Assembly (NCBI RefSeq): GCF_030144855.1
Contig: NC_082712.1
Coordinates: 146,692,001 to 146,756,000 of the forward strand
DNA: 64,000 nucleotides
Reading direction: 5' to 3'
Origin: Hypanus sabinus
Taxonomy: Eukaryota
Within the stretch, counting starts at the first letter, position 1; the number at the start of each line of letters is the position of its first letter. Below, piece by piece: positions 12,280 to 24,566 of the stretch. The notes under the pieces were generated by a model. It made no database searches and was not told the origin of the DNA. It saw only the letters and a list, made by a program, of their open reading frames with translations. Position numbers and translations under genes: made by a program.

Positions 12280-14170
12280 AAATCGAAGAGTTGAATTTCA
12301 AAATTGTGGTTGCTGATGATATCAAAGCAGTTCTAACCAAATGGGGCATCAAATAGATGTTCAAGATGGTGGCGCGACGCAGCTTACAGTGGCCACTCCA
12401 GAGCTGATTATCTGTTATTTGTTATTTGTGAAGTGGGGTGCCGTGCGCATTCATAATTGGATGAAAAATGGACATGGGAGCACGGAGGAACATCTGAAAA
12501 TCTCCAGGAAGACCTTCTTTGTTGTTGCTGCTGCTGTGAGGTTCTCTGCTGGGAAGAAGAGGCCCCCAGTCCTCGGGGTCGCGTTGCCGTTGGCTGTTGG
12601 CAGGGCCGTCTTAATATGCTTGGCAGAGGATGGTGCTCAGAGAAGCTGTGCTGGAGGGGATGGTTGGAGGCTCGATGGACTAGGAGTCCGCTGCGGTCAG
12701 GTCGCTTTTAGTGTGTGCTGCGTCTGCGAGGCTGAGTCAGGCGGCACCGTGGAAGTCCATAGCGGGGGTATTTCCTTCTGCCGCCTGCGTGGGATGACGA
12801 GTCAATTGAGGACCCTGAGGACTTGTGGAAACTGTGTGGTGATTTCTTTTGAACTTATAGTCTTTTAACATCTTTGGACTATTTTTACTGTGCCCATGGT
12901 CTTTTTTTTTTATCAATTATGCTATTGTTTGCGTTGTTGTAACTATATGTTGTAAATATATGGTTTTGTGCAGGTCTTGTAGCTTTAGTTTTTGTTCTTG
13001 TTTGTTGGTGGGATTGGAGCTCCTTTCTGGGCAACGCGCTAAGATAGTAGCGCAATATTAATACACAGCAGCCTCTTCAGATTCTGGATTGGGGATTGCC
13101 AAATGTTATGTGGATTTTCTGGTGTAGTCTGTTTTGTCATGTGTTTTTATGATATCATTCTGGAGGAACGTTGTCTCATTTTTTAACTGCATTGCATTTG
13201 TGGTTTCTAAATGACAATAATCTGAATCTGAAGAAGCTCCAGTAAAAAGGAAGTTAGTGGCATCAAGTGGAAAGCACTTAATGGTTGTATCATATTACAC
13301 AAATAATTTGCTCAGCCTTAGGAATTCTCTGGCAAAGTTCATTAGGGCAGTTTCCTCCATCTAACCCTGTGTTCAGCTGCTTCACCAATGATCTTTCCTC
13401 TTCTATTGCAAGTTCAGAAGTGAGTTTTCAATTCTATTCATAACTTCTCAGCAGATCTTGCCTACATGCAGCAACATCCAGGAAAGATAAGGGATTGATG
13501 ATAAGTAGCAGTCGACATTTTTGGCATAAGATACCAGGCAATGGCCGTTTACAATAAGAGACCTTGACAGTGGCATAACCATTACCTAATGTCCTGTCGA
13601 CCACATCCTGAGAATTAGTGTTGACCAGAAACTCAACTAAGCCAGTCACATGACTAAAAGAACAAATTCAAAACTGGGTACCCTGAAGAGTTTGATTCCC
13701 TTTTTGAAGCTTCTTTGCCTACAAGTCATAAATTAGGCACGGAATACGGTACTTTCCACATCAAAGAATGTAGCTCCCAACAGCTCTCAACAAGCTCGAC
13801 TCATTTCAGGACAAAGTGGCCTGCTTATTTGGCAAACATCCACTGCCCTAGACATTCATTTTCTCCATCACACGTGCACCACGTCTGTTGTGCACAGTGT
13901 CTACAGGATGCAGTGAAGTTGCTCACTGGGGTGCTCTGACAGCACCAAACAAACCTATGATGTCCAACACAAAGAAAATGGAAGAAAGTGGACAGAGGCA
14001 AACACCACTGAGGCAGTAACCCTGCAAGTTGCACACATACCTTCATCACTTCGCTCAGAGTTGATCCTGGCATTCCCCACAGAGCAGCACAGTGGGAGCA
14101 TCCTCACAAGAAGAATTGCAATGATTCAGGAAAGTGACTTGCTAACACTTCCTTAAGGACACACAGCAAG
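12280..14170 (+). mobile_element. Old CR1/L2-group LINE RT and 3' fragment, split by the 12353-13232 insert
   Basis: 'gatatcaaagcagttctaaccaaatggggcatcaa' (DIKAxxxxxxHQ) resumes after the insert as 'gaagctccagtaaaa'. Downstream 'ttcagctgcttcaccaatgatctttcc' reads FSCFTNDL. Confidence 0.6.
12353..13232 (+). mobile_element. Non-autonomous ~880-bp retroelement with GC/CpG-rich head and Rex1-type tail
   Basis: Begins near caagatggtggcg and has a CpG-rich 5' half. No recognisable protein. Ends in aatgacaataa-tctgaa-tctgaa and cleanly interrupts an older LINE. Confidence 0.7.
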
Positions 14171-14665
14171 TGCTGCTTTTGTTAAGGATACACAGATCTA
14201 GAAAAATAATTAAAATTTTAAAGCCAAACCTCACTCAATTCCTTCAACTTCAAAGGCTTTATTTGTCTTGAAGCTTGTTTTCCAAAGAGAACATGACATT
14301 TTAATAGATAGTATTGCTTATTTCATTGGCTTATAATTAGAGTTCTGAATACTTTTGTAGGTATGTACATGTGGAATTGTGTGTTTTTCCAAATAAAGAG
14401 CAGGGTGATTGAGACAGTATATTATCTCACCATCCAACTTTTTAATCAGGCACCTGCTTTGACTGTTTAAGTTGATCTTCATTGCTGATATCAACAATAA
14501 TGGCCAGGTGGGTTTCCAAAATGGTTCATTTTTCTTAATATACAGCTTGTCCATAACCACCTCATAGAGAAAGCTTTGACCTTGTTAAATTATTCATTTA
14601 CATACACCTCTGTTGTTAAACAAGATGATTTTAGAGTAGTTATTTTGCAATGACTTTATATTATA

Positions 14666-16302
14666 CAGTGCATTCCAGTTAATTAGACCAATGGTTAATT
14701 GAGGCAGCTGCTTATTTGGGACAACTCTTAGGTTACATCCACACTACACCGGATAAATCCGTAACCGAAGCTTTTTCTCTTCTTTTTTACCCTCCATACA
14801 CACTAAAACAGCGTTTTCGTCCCCTGAAACTGGAGCTTTTCAGAAATGCTTTCCAGGATGGGTATTTCTGAAAACGCTGGATTGGGCAGATCAGTGTGGA
14901 CAGGGTAACTGGAGACTTTTGAAAACGCTGTCAGACGGCAGCGCTATTTCATTGTTTTCTTCATTGCAACCAAACAATTTCAGAACAGACGGCAACTAGA
15001 CTGAAGCCAGAAGAGTTAGAAATGTACTCACCAAATACTTCGACCCATAACTTACTGAATAAATAAGTATACTGTACTCACTTTGCCCTGTTTTCTGTTC
15101 TTGCTTGTATGAAGGTGGTTTACCTATCTATGCAAGTACTTCTCTGACAATAGAATGTAACATTGTATGGAAATACAAGATAACACTGATGCAGACATGT
15201 TTTACATATTTAACAAGATTCTTTATTAATGCAACAGAGTTAGTCAGTTTTTCAATGTTTGTCATCAGCCGGATCAATCTGTCTGTGAACTCCCTGTCGG
15301 TTGCCTCCGTATGCTCCAGTATTTGTTTTTTTTTTCTTTTAAGTTCTTCTGCGTGACAGCCAACAGCTGTGTGTTGTTTTAAGTTTTTCTAGTCTGTAAC
15401 TACACAAACGCGCACTTTTATGGTGAGATTCGACACCAAGCATGTCGCTTGTTTTCGGTAGATGTTTCCTGCGCATGCCCAGGAGGAGGAGATTCGCCGA
15501 AATCTCCGTTTCAATGTGGATAGAGATATTTTCAAAAATGCATAGTGTGGACGCCTATCGTTTTTACATGAAACCGGTGTTCTCAAAATTATCTGGTCTA
15601 CTGTGGATGTAGCCTTAAAGAACAAAAACTAAATCAAGAAAATAGCTGGGATTCTCCTTGTTTATTTGGGACTAAATGCTCCTCAATTGGGGCAGAAAAC
15701 TATTGCCAAACAAGGCATAACTGGTCGCATTAGTCACATGCATTTGCATGGCTGTTAGACACTACGCCATTCTCAGAATGATCATTTTGTAAATAGCCTC
15801 AGTTATGTATGTTTGTGTTCAGACAACAGTGATTGTTGTCACTGATGGTTAGTGAGAAATAAGCAGTAAGACAATTCAGAACTGTTTTGCTCACTGAGGT
15901 TTCAAGCATTCAGGCTTGGAGATGCCAGAAACAGCTGGGAGTGAAAATGAAACAATTTCACTGCTTCATCAAGTTAGGAATTACAAATCATCTTGAATGA
16001 TACAATGAAAATGAAGATTTGGAGGATGTAATCATTGAAAGCATTGTGTGAAGGCAGTCCATTATCTGTACTAGGTGTCTGTCTGTGTTGATTTTGTTTG
16101 TTTTCAGTCAGTTAAAAAAATACTAAATTCCTCTATCGATAACTGTATTCCATTTAAATACATAAATTGTTATTTATATATACTTTGCCTGTATGTACAT
16201 CTTTCAATTATTTCCATGAAATTTCGGCTAATAGGGGCAGCTGCTTATTTGGGCCAAAGTGTACCAGTCCCAATGTGTCCCAGTATACTGGAATCCACAG
16301 TG
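14666..16302 (+). mobile_element. Non-autonomous Tigger/pogo DNA transposon containing a nested Harbinger
   Basis: TA|cagtgcattccagttaatt at the left end and tgtcccagtatactggaatccacagtg|TA at the right end. Subterminal repeat ggcagctgcttatttggg occurs at both ends. Transposase C-terminal remnant EISSKTIQNCFAH*GFK at ~15855-15910. Confidence 0.8.
14731..15614. mobile_element. PIF/Harbinger non-autonomous element (884 bp)
   Basis: 26-bp TIRs, ggttacatccacactacaccggataa versus right-end reverse complement ggctacatccacagtagaccagataa. 3-bp TTA TSD at 14728-14730 and 15615-15617. Confidence 0.9.
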
Positions 16303-16534
16303 TACGCATATACAGCTGGAACCTCCTGCCTCACTTTGGCTCAATCCGGCTTCAGCGAGAACAGGCAGAGGCGAGGTTTGAACGGGACACCACTGCGCAA
16401 GCGCGTGAAAGTCGGCCTCTGAGATCAGCGGGAGAATTTCTAAAAGCGAGCAGAGGCTGAGTACAAGCTTCACTCCAGGTGAGGTAAGGCCGGGTAAGCT
16501 CCTTTAATTAATCTAATTAGATTAGGAGTAGGTA

Positions 16535-17467
16535 ATGGAGGCAGCAGTTAGGGCAGTTGAGTGCTCCGTTTGCAGTATGTGGGAAGTCAGGGCGAGCACA
16601 GCTGTCCCTGATGACTACACCTGCAAAAGGTGCATCCAGCTGCAGCTCCTGACAAACTGTGTTAGGGAACTGGAGCTGGATGAACTTCGGATCATTCGGG
16701 AAGCAGAGGCAGAAATAGACAGGAGTTTCAGGGAGATAGTCACCGCTAGGATTCAGGAGACAGGTAGTTGGGTGACTGTCAGGAGAGGGAAGGGGAGTAG
16801 ACAGGAAGAGCAGAGCACCCCTGTGGCTGTTCCCATCAACAGTAAGTATACCGTTTTGGATACTGTTGGTGGGGATGACCTACCAGGGACAAGTTGCAGT
16901 GGTTGCATCTCTGGCACCGAGACTGGACCCTCAACTCAGAAGGGAAGGAGGGAAAAGAGGAGAGCAGTAGTGATAGGGGATTCGATAGTTAGGGGGACAG
17001 ATAGGAGGTTCTGTGGAAGAGATCGAGAATCCGAGATGGTCTTTTGCCTCCCTAGTGCCAGGGTCCACGATATCTCAGATCAAGTTCTCAGTATTCTCAA
17101 GAGGGAGGGTGAGCAGCCAGATGTCGTGGTCCATGTAGGGACCAATGGCGTGGGTAGGAAGAGTGAAGAGGTCCTGAAAGGTAAGTTTAGGGAGCTAGGT
17201 GTGAAGTTAAAGGACAGGACCTCCAGGATAGCAATCTCAGGATTGTACCAGTGACATGTGCAGGTGGGATTAGAAGTAGTAAGATAGTGCAGATCAATAC
17301 GTGGCTGAAGACATGGTGCAGGAGAGAGGGCTTCAGATTTATAGATAATTGGCAGTTTCCAGGGAAGGTGGGACCTATTCTGGCAAGATGGTTTACATCT
17401 GAACTGGAGGGGGACAAATATTCTTGCAGGTAGGTTTGCTAGAGAGGCTCCAGTGGATTTAAACTAG
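16535..17467 (+). pseudogene. CR1 ORF1: CX2C..CX2C zinc finger, leucine zipper, SGNH esterase (frameshifted)
   Basis: CSVC...CKRC, VVIGDSIVRG, VHVGTNG, and after frameshifts DGLHLNWRG ending at TAG 17465-17467. Confidence 0.9.
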
Positions 17468-17587
17468 ATACAAGGGGGGAGGGGAACCAGAGCGTAGGAA
17501 CAGATGTATGGGAGAAGGAAGAAAAAGAAGACAGTAAAGTTCTTTGTACTGTTAGAGATAAACAGAGAAAAAGAGGTGGAGAATTTC

Positions 17588-20378
17588 TTAAATACATTTA
17601 TTTTAAAGCTAAGAGCATTGTAAGAAAGGTGGATGAGCTTAGAGCATGGTTTAGAGCATGGAAATATGATGTTGTAGCTTTTAGTGAAACATGGTTGCAG
17701 GAGGGGTGATTGGCAACTAAATAATTCTGGAATTCGTTGCTTCAGGTGTGATAGAATCAGAGGGACAAGAGGGGGAGGTGTTGTTTTGCTTGTCAGAGAA
17801 AATATTACAGCTGTGCTCTGGCAGAATAGATTAGAGGGCTCATCTAGGGAGACTATTTGGATGGAATTGAGGAATGGTAGAGGTGTAGTAACACTTATAG
17901 GGGTGTATTATAGACCACCTAATGGGGAGCGAGAATTGGAGGAGCAAATTTGCAAGGAGATAGCAGATATTTGTAGTAAGCACAGGGTTGTGATTGTGGG
18001 AGATTTTAATTTTCCACACATAGACTGGGAAGCCCATACTATAAAAAGGATGGATGGTTTTGAGTTTGTAAAATGTGTGCAGGATAGTTTTTTGCAGCAA
18101 TATATAGAGGTACCGACTAGAGAAGGGGCAGTGTTGAATATTCTGTTAGGGAATGAAATAGGTCAGGTGACAGACGTATGTGTTAGGGAGCACTTTGGGT
18201 CCAGTGATCACAATGCCATTAATCTCAATATAATTATGGAGAAGGATAGGACTGGACCCAGGGTTGAGATTTTTGATTGGAGAAGGGCTAACTTTGAGGT
18301 GATGCGAAAGGATTTAGAAGGAGTGGATTGGGACAATTTGTTTTATGGGAAGGATGTAATCGAGAAATGGAGGTCATTTAAAGGTGAAAATTTGAGGGTA
18401 CAGAATCTTTATGTTCCTGTTAGGAAAGGTTAGGTTAAAAGTTTGAGAGAGCCATGGTTTTCAAGGGATATTGGAAACATGGTTAGGAAAAAGAGAGATA
18501 TCTACAATATATATAGGCAGCATGGAGTAAGTGAGGTGCTTGAGGAATATAAAGAATGTAAGAAGAATCTTAAAGAAATTAGAAAAGCTAAAAGATGATA
18601 TGAGGTTGCTTTGGTAAGTAAGATGAAAATAAATCCAAAGGGTTTCTACAGTTATATTAATAGCAAAAGGATAGTGAGGGATAAAATTGATCCCTTAGAG
18701 AATCAGAGTGGACAGCTATGTGTGGAGCCAAAAGGGATGGGGGAGATTTTGAACAATTTCTTTTCTTCGGTATTCACTAAGGAGAAGGTTATTGAATTGT
18801 GTAAAGTAAGGGAAACAAGTAGGGTAGTTATGGAAACTATGACGATTAAAGAGGAGGATGTACTGGTGCTTTTAAGGAATATAAAAATGGATAAATCTCC
18901 GGATCCTGACAGGATATTCCCTAGGACCTTGAGGGAAGTCAGTGTAGAAATAGCAGGGGCTCTGACAGAAATATTTCATAAGTCATTAGAAATGGGGATG
19001 GTGCTGGAGGATTGGCATATTGCTCATGTGGTTCCATTGTTTAAAAAGGGTTCTAAGAGGAAACCTAGCAATTATAGGCCTCTCAGTTTGATGTCAGTAA
19101 ATTAATGGAAAGTATTCTTAGAGACTGTATATATAATTATCTGGATAGACAGGGTCTGATTAGGAACAGTCAGCATGGATTTGTGCATGGAAGGTCATGT
19201 TTGACAAATCTTATTGAATTTTTTGAAGAGGTTACGAGGAAAGTTGACAAGGGTAAAGCAGTGGATGTTGTCGATATGGACTTCAGTAAGGTCTTTGACA
19301 AGGTTCCACACGGAAGGTTAGGAAGGTTCAATCATTAGGTATTAATATTGAAGTGGTAAAATGGATTCAACAGTGGCTAGATGGGAGATGCCAGAGAGTA
19401 GTGGTGGATAACTGTTTGTCAGGTTGGAGGCTGGTGACTAGTGGTGTGCCTCAGGGATCTGTTCTGAGTCCAATGTTGTTTGTCATATACATTAATGATC
19501 TGGATGATGGTGTGGTAAATTGGATTAGTAAGTATGCAGATGATACTAAGGTAGGTGGCGTTGTGGATAATGAAGAAGGTTTTCAAAGCTTGCAGAGAGA
19601 TTTAGGCCAGTTAGAAGGGTGGGCTGAACGATGGCAGATGGGGTTTAATGCTGATAAGTGTGAGGTGCTACATTTTGGTAGGAATAATCCAAATAGGACA
19701 TACATGGTAAATGGTAGGGCATTGAAGAATGCAGTAGAACAGAGTGATCTAGGAATAATGGTGCATAGTTCCCTGAAGGTGGAATCTCATGTGGATAGGG
19801 TGGTGAAGAAAGCTGTTGGTATGTTGGCCTTTATAAATCAGAGCATTGAGTATTGGAGTTGGGATGTAATGTTAAAATTGTACAAGGCATTGGTAAGGCC
19901 GAATTTGGAGTATTGTGTATTGTTCTGGTCACCAAATTATAGGAAAGATGTCAACAAAATAGAGAGAGTAGAGAGAAGATTTACTAGAATGTTACCTGTG
20001 TTTCAGCACCTAAGTTACAGAGAAAGGTTGAGCAAGTTAGTTCTTTATTCTTTGGAGCATAGAAGGTTGAGGGGGGACTTGATAGGAGTATTTAAAATTA
20101 TTAGGGGGTTAGATAGAGTTGACGTGGATAGACTTTTTCCATTGAGAATAGGGGAGATTCAAACAAGAGGACATGAGTTGAGAGTTAGGGGGCAAAAGTT
20201 TAAGGTAACACAAGGGGGATATTTCTTTACTCAGAGTGTGGTAGCTGTGTGGAATGAGCTTCCAGTAGAAGTGGTAGAGGCAGGTTTGGTATTGTCATTT
20301 AAAGTAAAATTGGATAGGTATATGGACAGGAAAGGAATGGAGGGTTATGGGCTGAGTGTGGCCAGTGGGACTCGTTGA
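17588..20378 (+). pseudogene. CR1 ORF2: AP endonuclease + reverse transcriptase (stops and frameshifts)
   Basis: GVYYRPPN, VGDFNFP, SSDHNAI, NYRPLSL, QHGFVHGRSCLTNL, MDFSKVFDKVPH, SGVPQGSVL and KYADDTK are spread across four ORF pieces. Confidence 0.95.
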
Positions 20379-21869
20379 GAGTAAGCATTCGGCACGGACT
20401 AGAAGAGCCAAGATGGCCTGTTTCCGTGCTGTAATTGTTATATGGTTATAAATGCTGATTGTTCTGTGTAGAATAGTTGGCATTTCAATGAAAATACTTG
20501 CAACTTTGAGTTTCACATCCGTGGAGGCTGGTGATGAAACATTATCTGACTGGAATTCCCAGAATTTGCACTTGGGAATCTTCTTGTAGATCATATGTCA
20601 GATTACACCTGGCATTGGGATTTATGAGTCCAGTTATTTGAATGGAAATTTTATTTTGCAGGTAAGAAAATTCAGTTGAGTGGCAGTTTTGAGAGCTTGT
20701 AAATGTCAGAGATATTCAGAAGATTTGAAAAAGCTGGATAGCTTGGACTTCACAAAATTGAGGGGTGCCTTGGCTGCCTGTCAAAGATTCCCCAGCTAGT
20801 CTGTGGGCAGGTCTTGATTCTGGTCCCACGTTCTCCCTTGGCAAAAGGGATTTAGATGTTTTCGAGCAGTGAGTTCTCCCTTACGTAAATGTATAAAGCA
20901 GCTCATCCGCCGGTGGTGCTATTTTGAGTGTACTTTCTTAGGCAGGATATTTATTTCTCTAAACATATTAAAATAAAGATTATCGGGGATTATTTGTGAT
21001 TTTTGCAGTTTAGTCAATCTGTCAGTCCCCTTTCATGGTAATCATTGTGATAATATTTGTGTTAGATGGAAATTACTTTAACTCCTGCTTTCAGAGAGCA
21101 CACTTGGCAAAATATATTTATCTTACTGAATGCACAGTGGAGGGGTATAAAACACATTAGCTTGTATCAGTCCATCAATTACATTTGATGGTATTGGAGT
21201 AGAAATAATGCTCTTCCTGCTGGATGTTCCTTCTCCTCAGGCAAAGGAAGGTGAAGGTGATGTCCCTTGAGACACAAACCCATGGTATAGTGGCACATTA
21301 TTCTTTCCAAATCACCAGCCAGGTCCCTTTTAAGTGAATATATGATGTATTGATGTTTTTATCTGTAGTTAATGCAGAAAACATGGCCAATGCACTGCAA
21401 CTTAATGTGCTTATGGTATTATTAAAATGGTTCATCATACTAGCATTAATTAAACATTGTTAATAATTTCTGGTTTGAAAATGTACAATCATAATGAACC
21501 GTTTAATATTACTGGTATGACTTAGTTTCAGAGCCTTTATGATCTTTACAAGTTGAGGTCAGAGCAGCAGTTGGGCTTTGCAGACATAGGTCACGTGACA
21601 AGGGTGAGCCAGAACAATCCCCTGCAACAAGCTTGTACTTCGTATCAGAGTCCGGTAGCCAAGTGCTGACATTGCCCAGCAGCGTTCCAAAGCCCGAACC
21701 AGAGACCGAGTTTGAGTTTTGCTGTGGCAGCTGTGGTGCTCAAGTTCAAACGACTCAATCTGGAAGTTTTGTATGAGCAGTGGTATCTTTGCAATAGCTG
21801 ATATCCTTCAGGGCAATCCACATTGCTTACTGAGTTTGATCTATATGTGGTCTCCAGACATTCTTAGCT

Positions 21870-22130
21870 AAATAAAGATGATCTCCTCTGCTGATATGTA
21901 TTAGGAACTAATACAGAGTTTTATAGTACAGTAGCGATATTGGTAGTGTTCTAATTTGTTCTATATTTCATTTAAGTACATAATGTTTTGCTCATTTAAA
22001 CATGCTTTGTCTTTTTTTAATATCTTTTAACCATTTCCATGAAGCTTCGGTTAATTGGGGGGGGGGGGGAGGGCACATAATCAGGCCAAAATGTTCTCAT
22101 CCCGATGTGTCCCAATTAACAGTTCCTGTA
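21870..22130 (+). mobile_element. 3' fragment of the same Tigger-like family as 14666-16302
   Basis: atttccatgaagcttcggttaattggg...ggccaaaatg...gatgtgtcccaattaac aligns by eye to 16210-16290. Confidence 0.7.
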
Positions 22131-22149
22131 GTTATTACCCTGGATCTGA

Positions 22150-22660
22150 TGCAACACAAAAACACAATAAGATAAAGAACACAATTATAAACAAAATGCA
22201 ATAAGTATAAATGCATATTGTATGTCCTTAATATGATGTTAGGTACAGGAATGCCTGTACAAATGGTGACTGACAGTGGTAGTAAGGGGTCAGTTAGTGC
22301 GTGGAGGTGTTGATCAGAATTCCTACTTGAGGAAAGTAACTGTTTTATGAGTCTGGTGGTCCTAGTGTGGATACCACATAGCCATTCTGATGGGAATGGG
22401 ATAAACTGTCCATGATCAGGTTGGGTGGGATCCTTTATGATGTTACTGGCCCTTTTCTGGGACCCTTCTTTATCTGTAGCCCTTGATGGCAGGTAGACTG
22501 TTGCTGGTGATGCATTGGGTAGGTTTGACTACCCATCGTAGAGCCTTCCTGTCTGCCACAGTGCAGTTTCCCTACCATGCAGTGATGCAGCTTGTTCGAT
22601 TCTCTCTACTGTAAAATGACACGAGTGTAGATATGCATAGTCTGTCTCTTAGTCCAGATT
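22150..22660 (-). mobile_element. Rex1/Babar LINE 3' fragment
   Basis: Minus-strand CITAW*GNCTVADRKALR-like remnant at ~22540-22600. Confidence 0.7.
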
Positions 22661-24566
22661 ATTGTAAAACTGTATTGGAAAACCATTGCTGCTGGAAATT
22701 ATACATTATGCTGCTTCGTGTCATTAGCAATATCTCTCTTCCCACCATGCTTGATGAAACAATTCAGCTTTTATACCTGTATCAAGCTGGGATTCTTTGT
22801 CACATTTTTTCAAAATTCCATTATAAATCTGCTCTCAAGCTTAGCTAATGTCTCCAATAGAATATCTTTATTAAATGACATTGAAACAGGTCCATTTGAC
22901 ATTAATGAGGATAGATTATGTATAAATTAATTAGAAATGGTTTGATGTCTTGAAGTTCTATGAACAAATTATTGTGCAGTAAGAGAGGTTCGTAATTGAA
23001 TTTGTGTTTACTTAAGATTTTAGAAAACACTGATAGGAGAAAATGGGCATTATTTTCTAAATAAATTATTTTAATAATAGTTATTTCCATTAAACTAATT
23101 AGTGTAGAATCAAACTGATAACTTTGTAGCAATGTAGCCTGATCATTTGCATATAATATAGAAAATGTAATCACAACAAAATTAAGAAAGAGTTCTTTCT
23201 TTTATTGAATCTTTTGAGCTAAAATGGTGGAAATTGTCACATTTTTTGTGATTTTAAGTTCAGAAAATTAATGAGAATAATGTTGAACCTTGTTCATTTT
23301 GGTTCCTCTTTTGTAAAGCCACCACCCAGTATCTCTTCACAAATGTGCGTTCAAGTGTTTCTGAAATTGCTTCTTTCAGTGTGACAAGTCCACTCATGCC
23401 TTTCAGATAAGTCATGTTTGATAAATATATTGCGGGATGTACTAGTTCTCATAGATTCCGGTTTAACCTTGCAATTAATATCTGATGTCCACTTGGAATG
23501 CTGATTTACATCAATGTTCAGGTTGAAAGATCATCTGGCACTTAATGCTCCCAATTACTATCTTGTAATGCCTGCTAGGATATGACAATGTATGAGCAGA
23601 TCCAGATTACATATTGCTTTTGATGAATACACTTGGAGGTGGTGCTTCCTTTGTCCACCACAATGAGTTAGTTGTCAAGCTTCATAGATGAAGAACGATA
23701 CTTTGGGCAGGCTGTGTGTGGCAGGACAGAATGAGAAAATTAGTAGCAGAATATCTTCCTTAGATAACTCAAGGGTCTAAGGGTTATGTCTACTGTAACT
23801 CCTAACATTTAAATGTTGATATAGTATATTATAAAGTTTAGCTGAGAAGTGCTGATTTCTTAGTAAGTGCCAAAAATTGTTATAAGGGTATTTGTTTTGT
23901 ATCTTGAGCAATCACAGATATATGTTTAAATGTATATCAGTTAATGAATAGGTTTTGCTTTGTGAACAAAGGGGCCGTTGATTTCTTCATAAATAAGATC
24001 AAGATTATTTGCAAGAAGTGCTCCTGCATTTTGTAGCAGCTGAAACCGGCAGTTATATCCAATTTATTTAGAAGTGCCTCTGAATAGGTCATAAATAAAT
24101 AGTTATGGCTGATTCTGACTTGCAGCAACAATTAACATTGGTGTTATCCATCAAAAGTGGACATTATTTTTTTAAATAATGTATGTATTGAGCTTCTGCA
24201 TTCAAATTTATGAAATATCCATGTTGTATTAAGGCTGAAGAGTTTCCTGACGGACACTTTGTAATTAATTGTGCATAGTTTATATATGTCGTTTATCTTG
24301 CTTGGACTACACAGCGTTATCACCACCTTATCAGTTTAATAAAGGCAATTGCTATCTTTTTTTGCAATTAGCTGTATATTTAAGATTTTAGTGGGAATCA
24401 GCAAAAAACAACACAGTAATTCAGAAGATGTATGTCTGTTTTCCATAGTTTGCTGAATATGATGCAGTTGTCTTGAGTAATTGTGAATTTAAAGGTTATT
24501 GGAATTTTAAGGAGTACCAAGGAACCTACATTTTTGAAAACAAGACATCGTTGCCTTTCTTGAAAG

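Larger units (their letters stand above)
16305..20450 (+). mobile_element. Near full-length CR1 LINE (5' UTR, ORF1, ORF2, 3' tail)
   Basis: CpG-rich 5' UTR, ORF1 zinc finger/coiled coil/esterase, ORF2 APE+RT. The 3' end has a ggcc...ggcc stem region and a gttatatggttat tail. Confidence 0.95.

Noticed and set aside
12341-12868. 175-aa ORF as a gene
   Set aside because: It lies in the GC-rich head of a non-autonomous repeat and has no recognisable domain.
16300-20460. TSD for the full-length CR1 (tatacagctg vs tataaatgctg)
   Set aside because: It is too mismatched to distinguish from chance.
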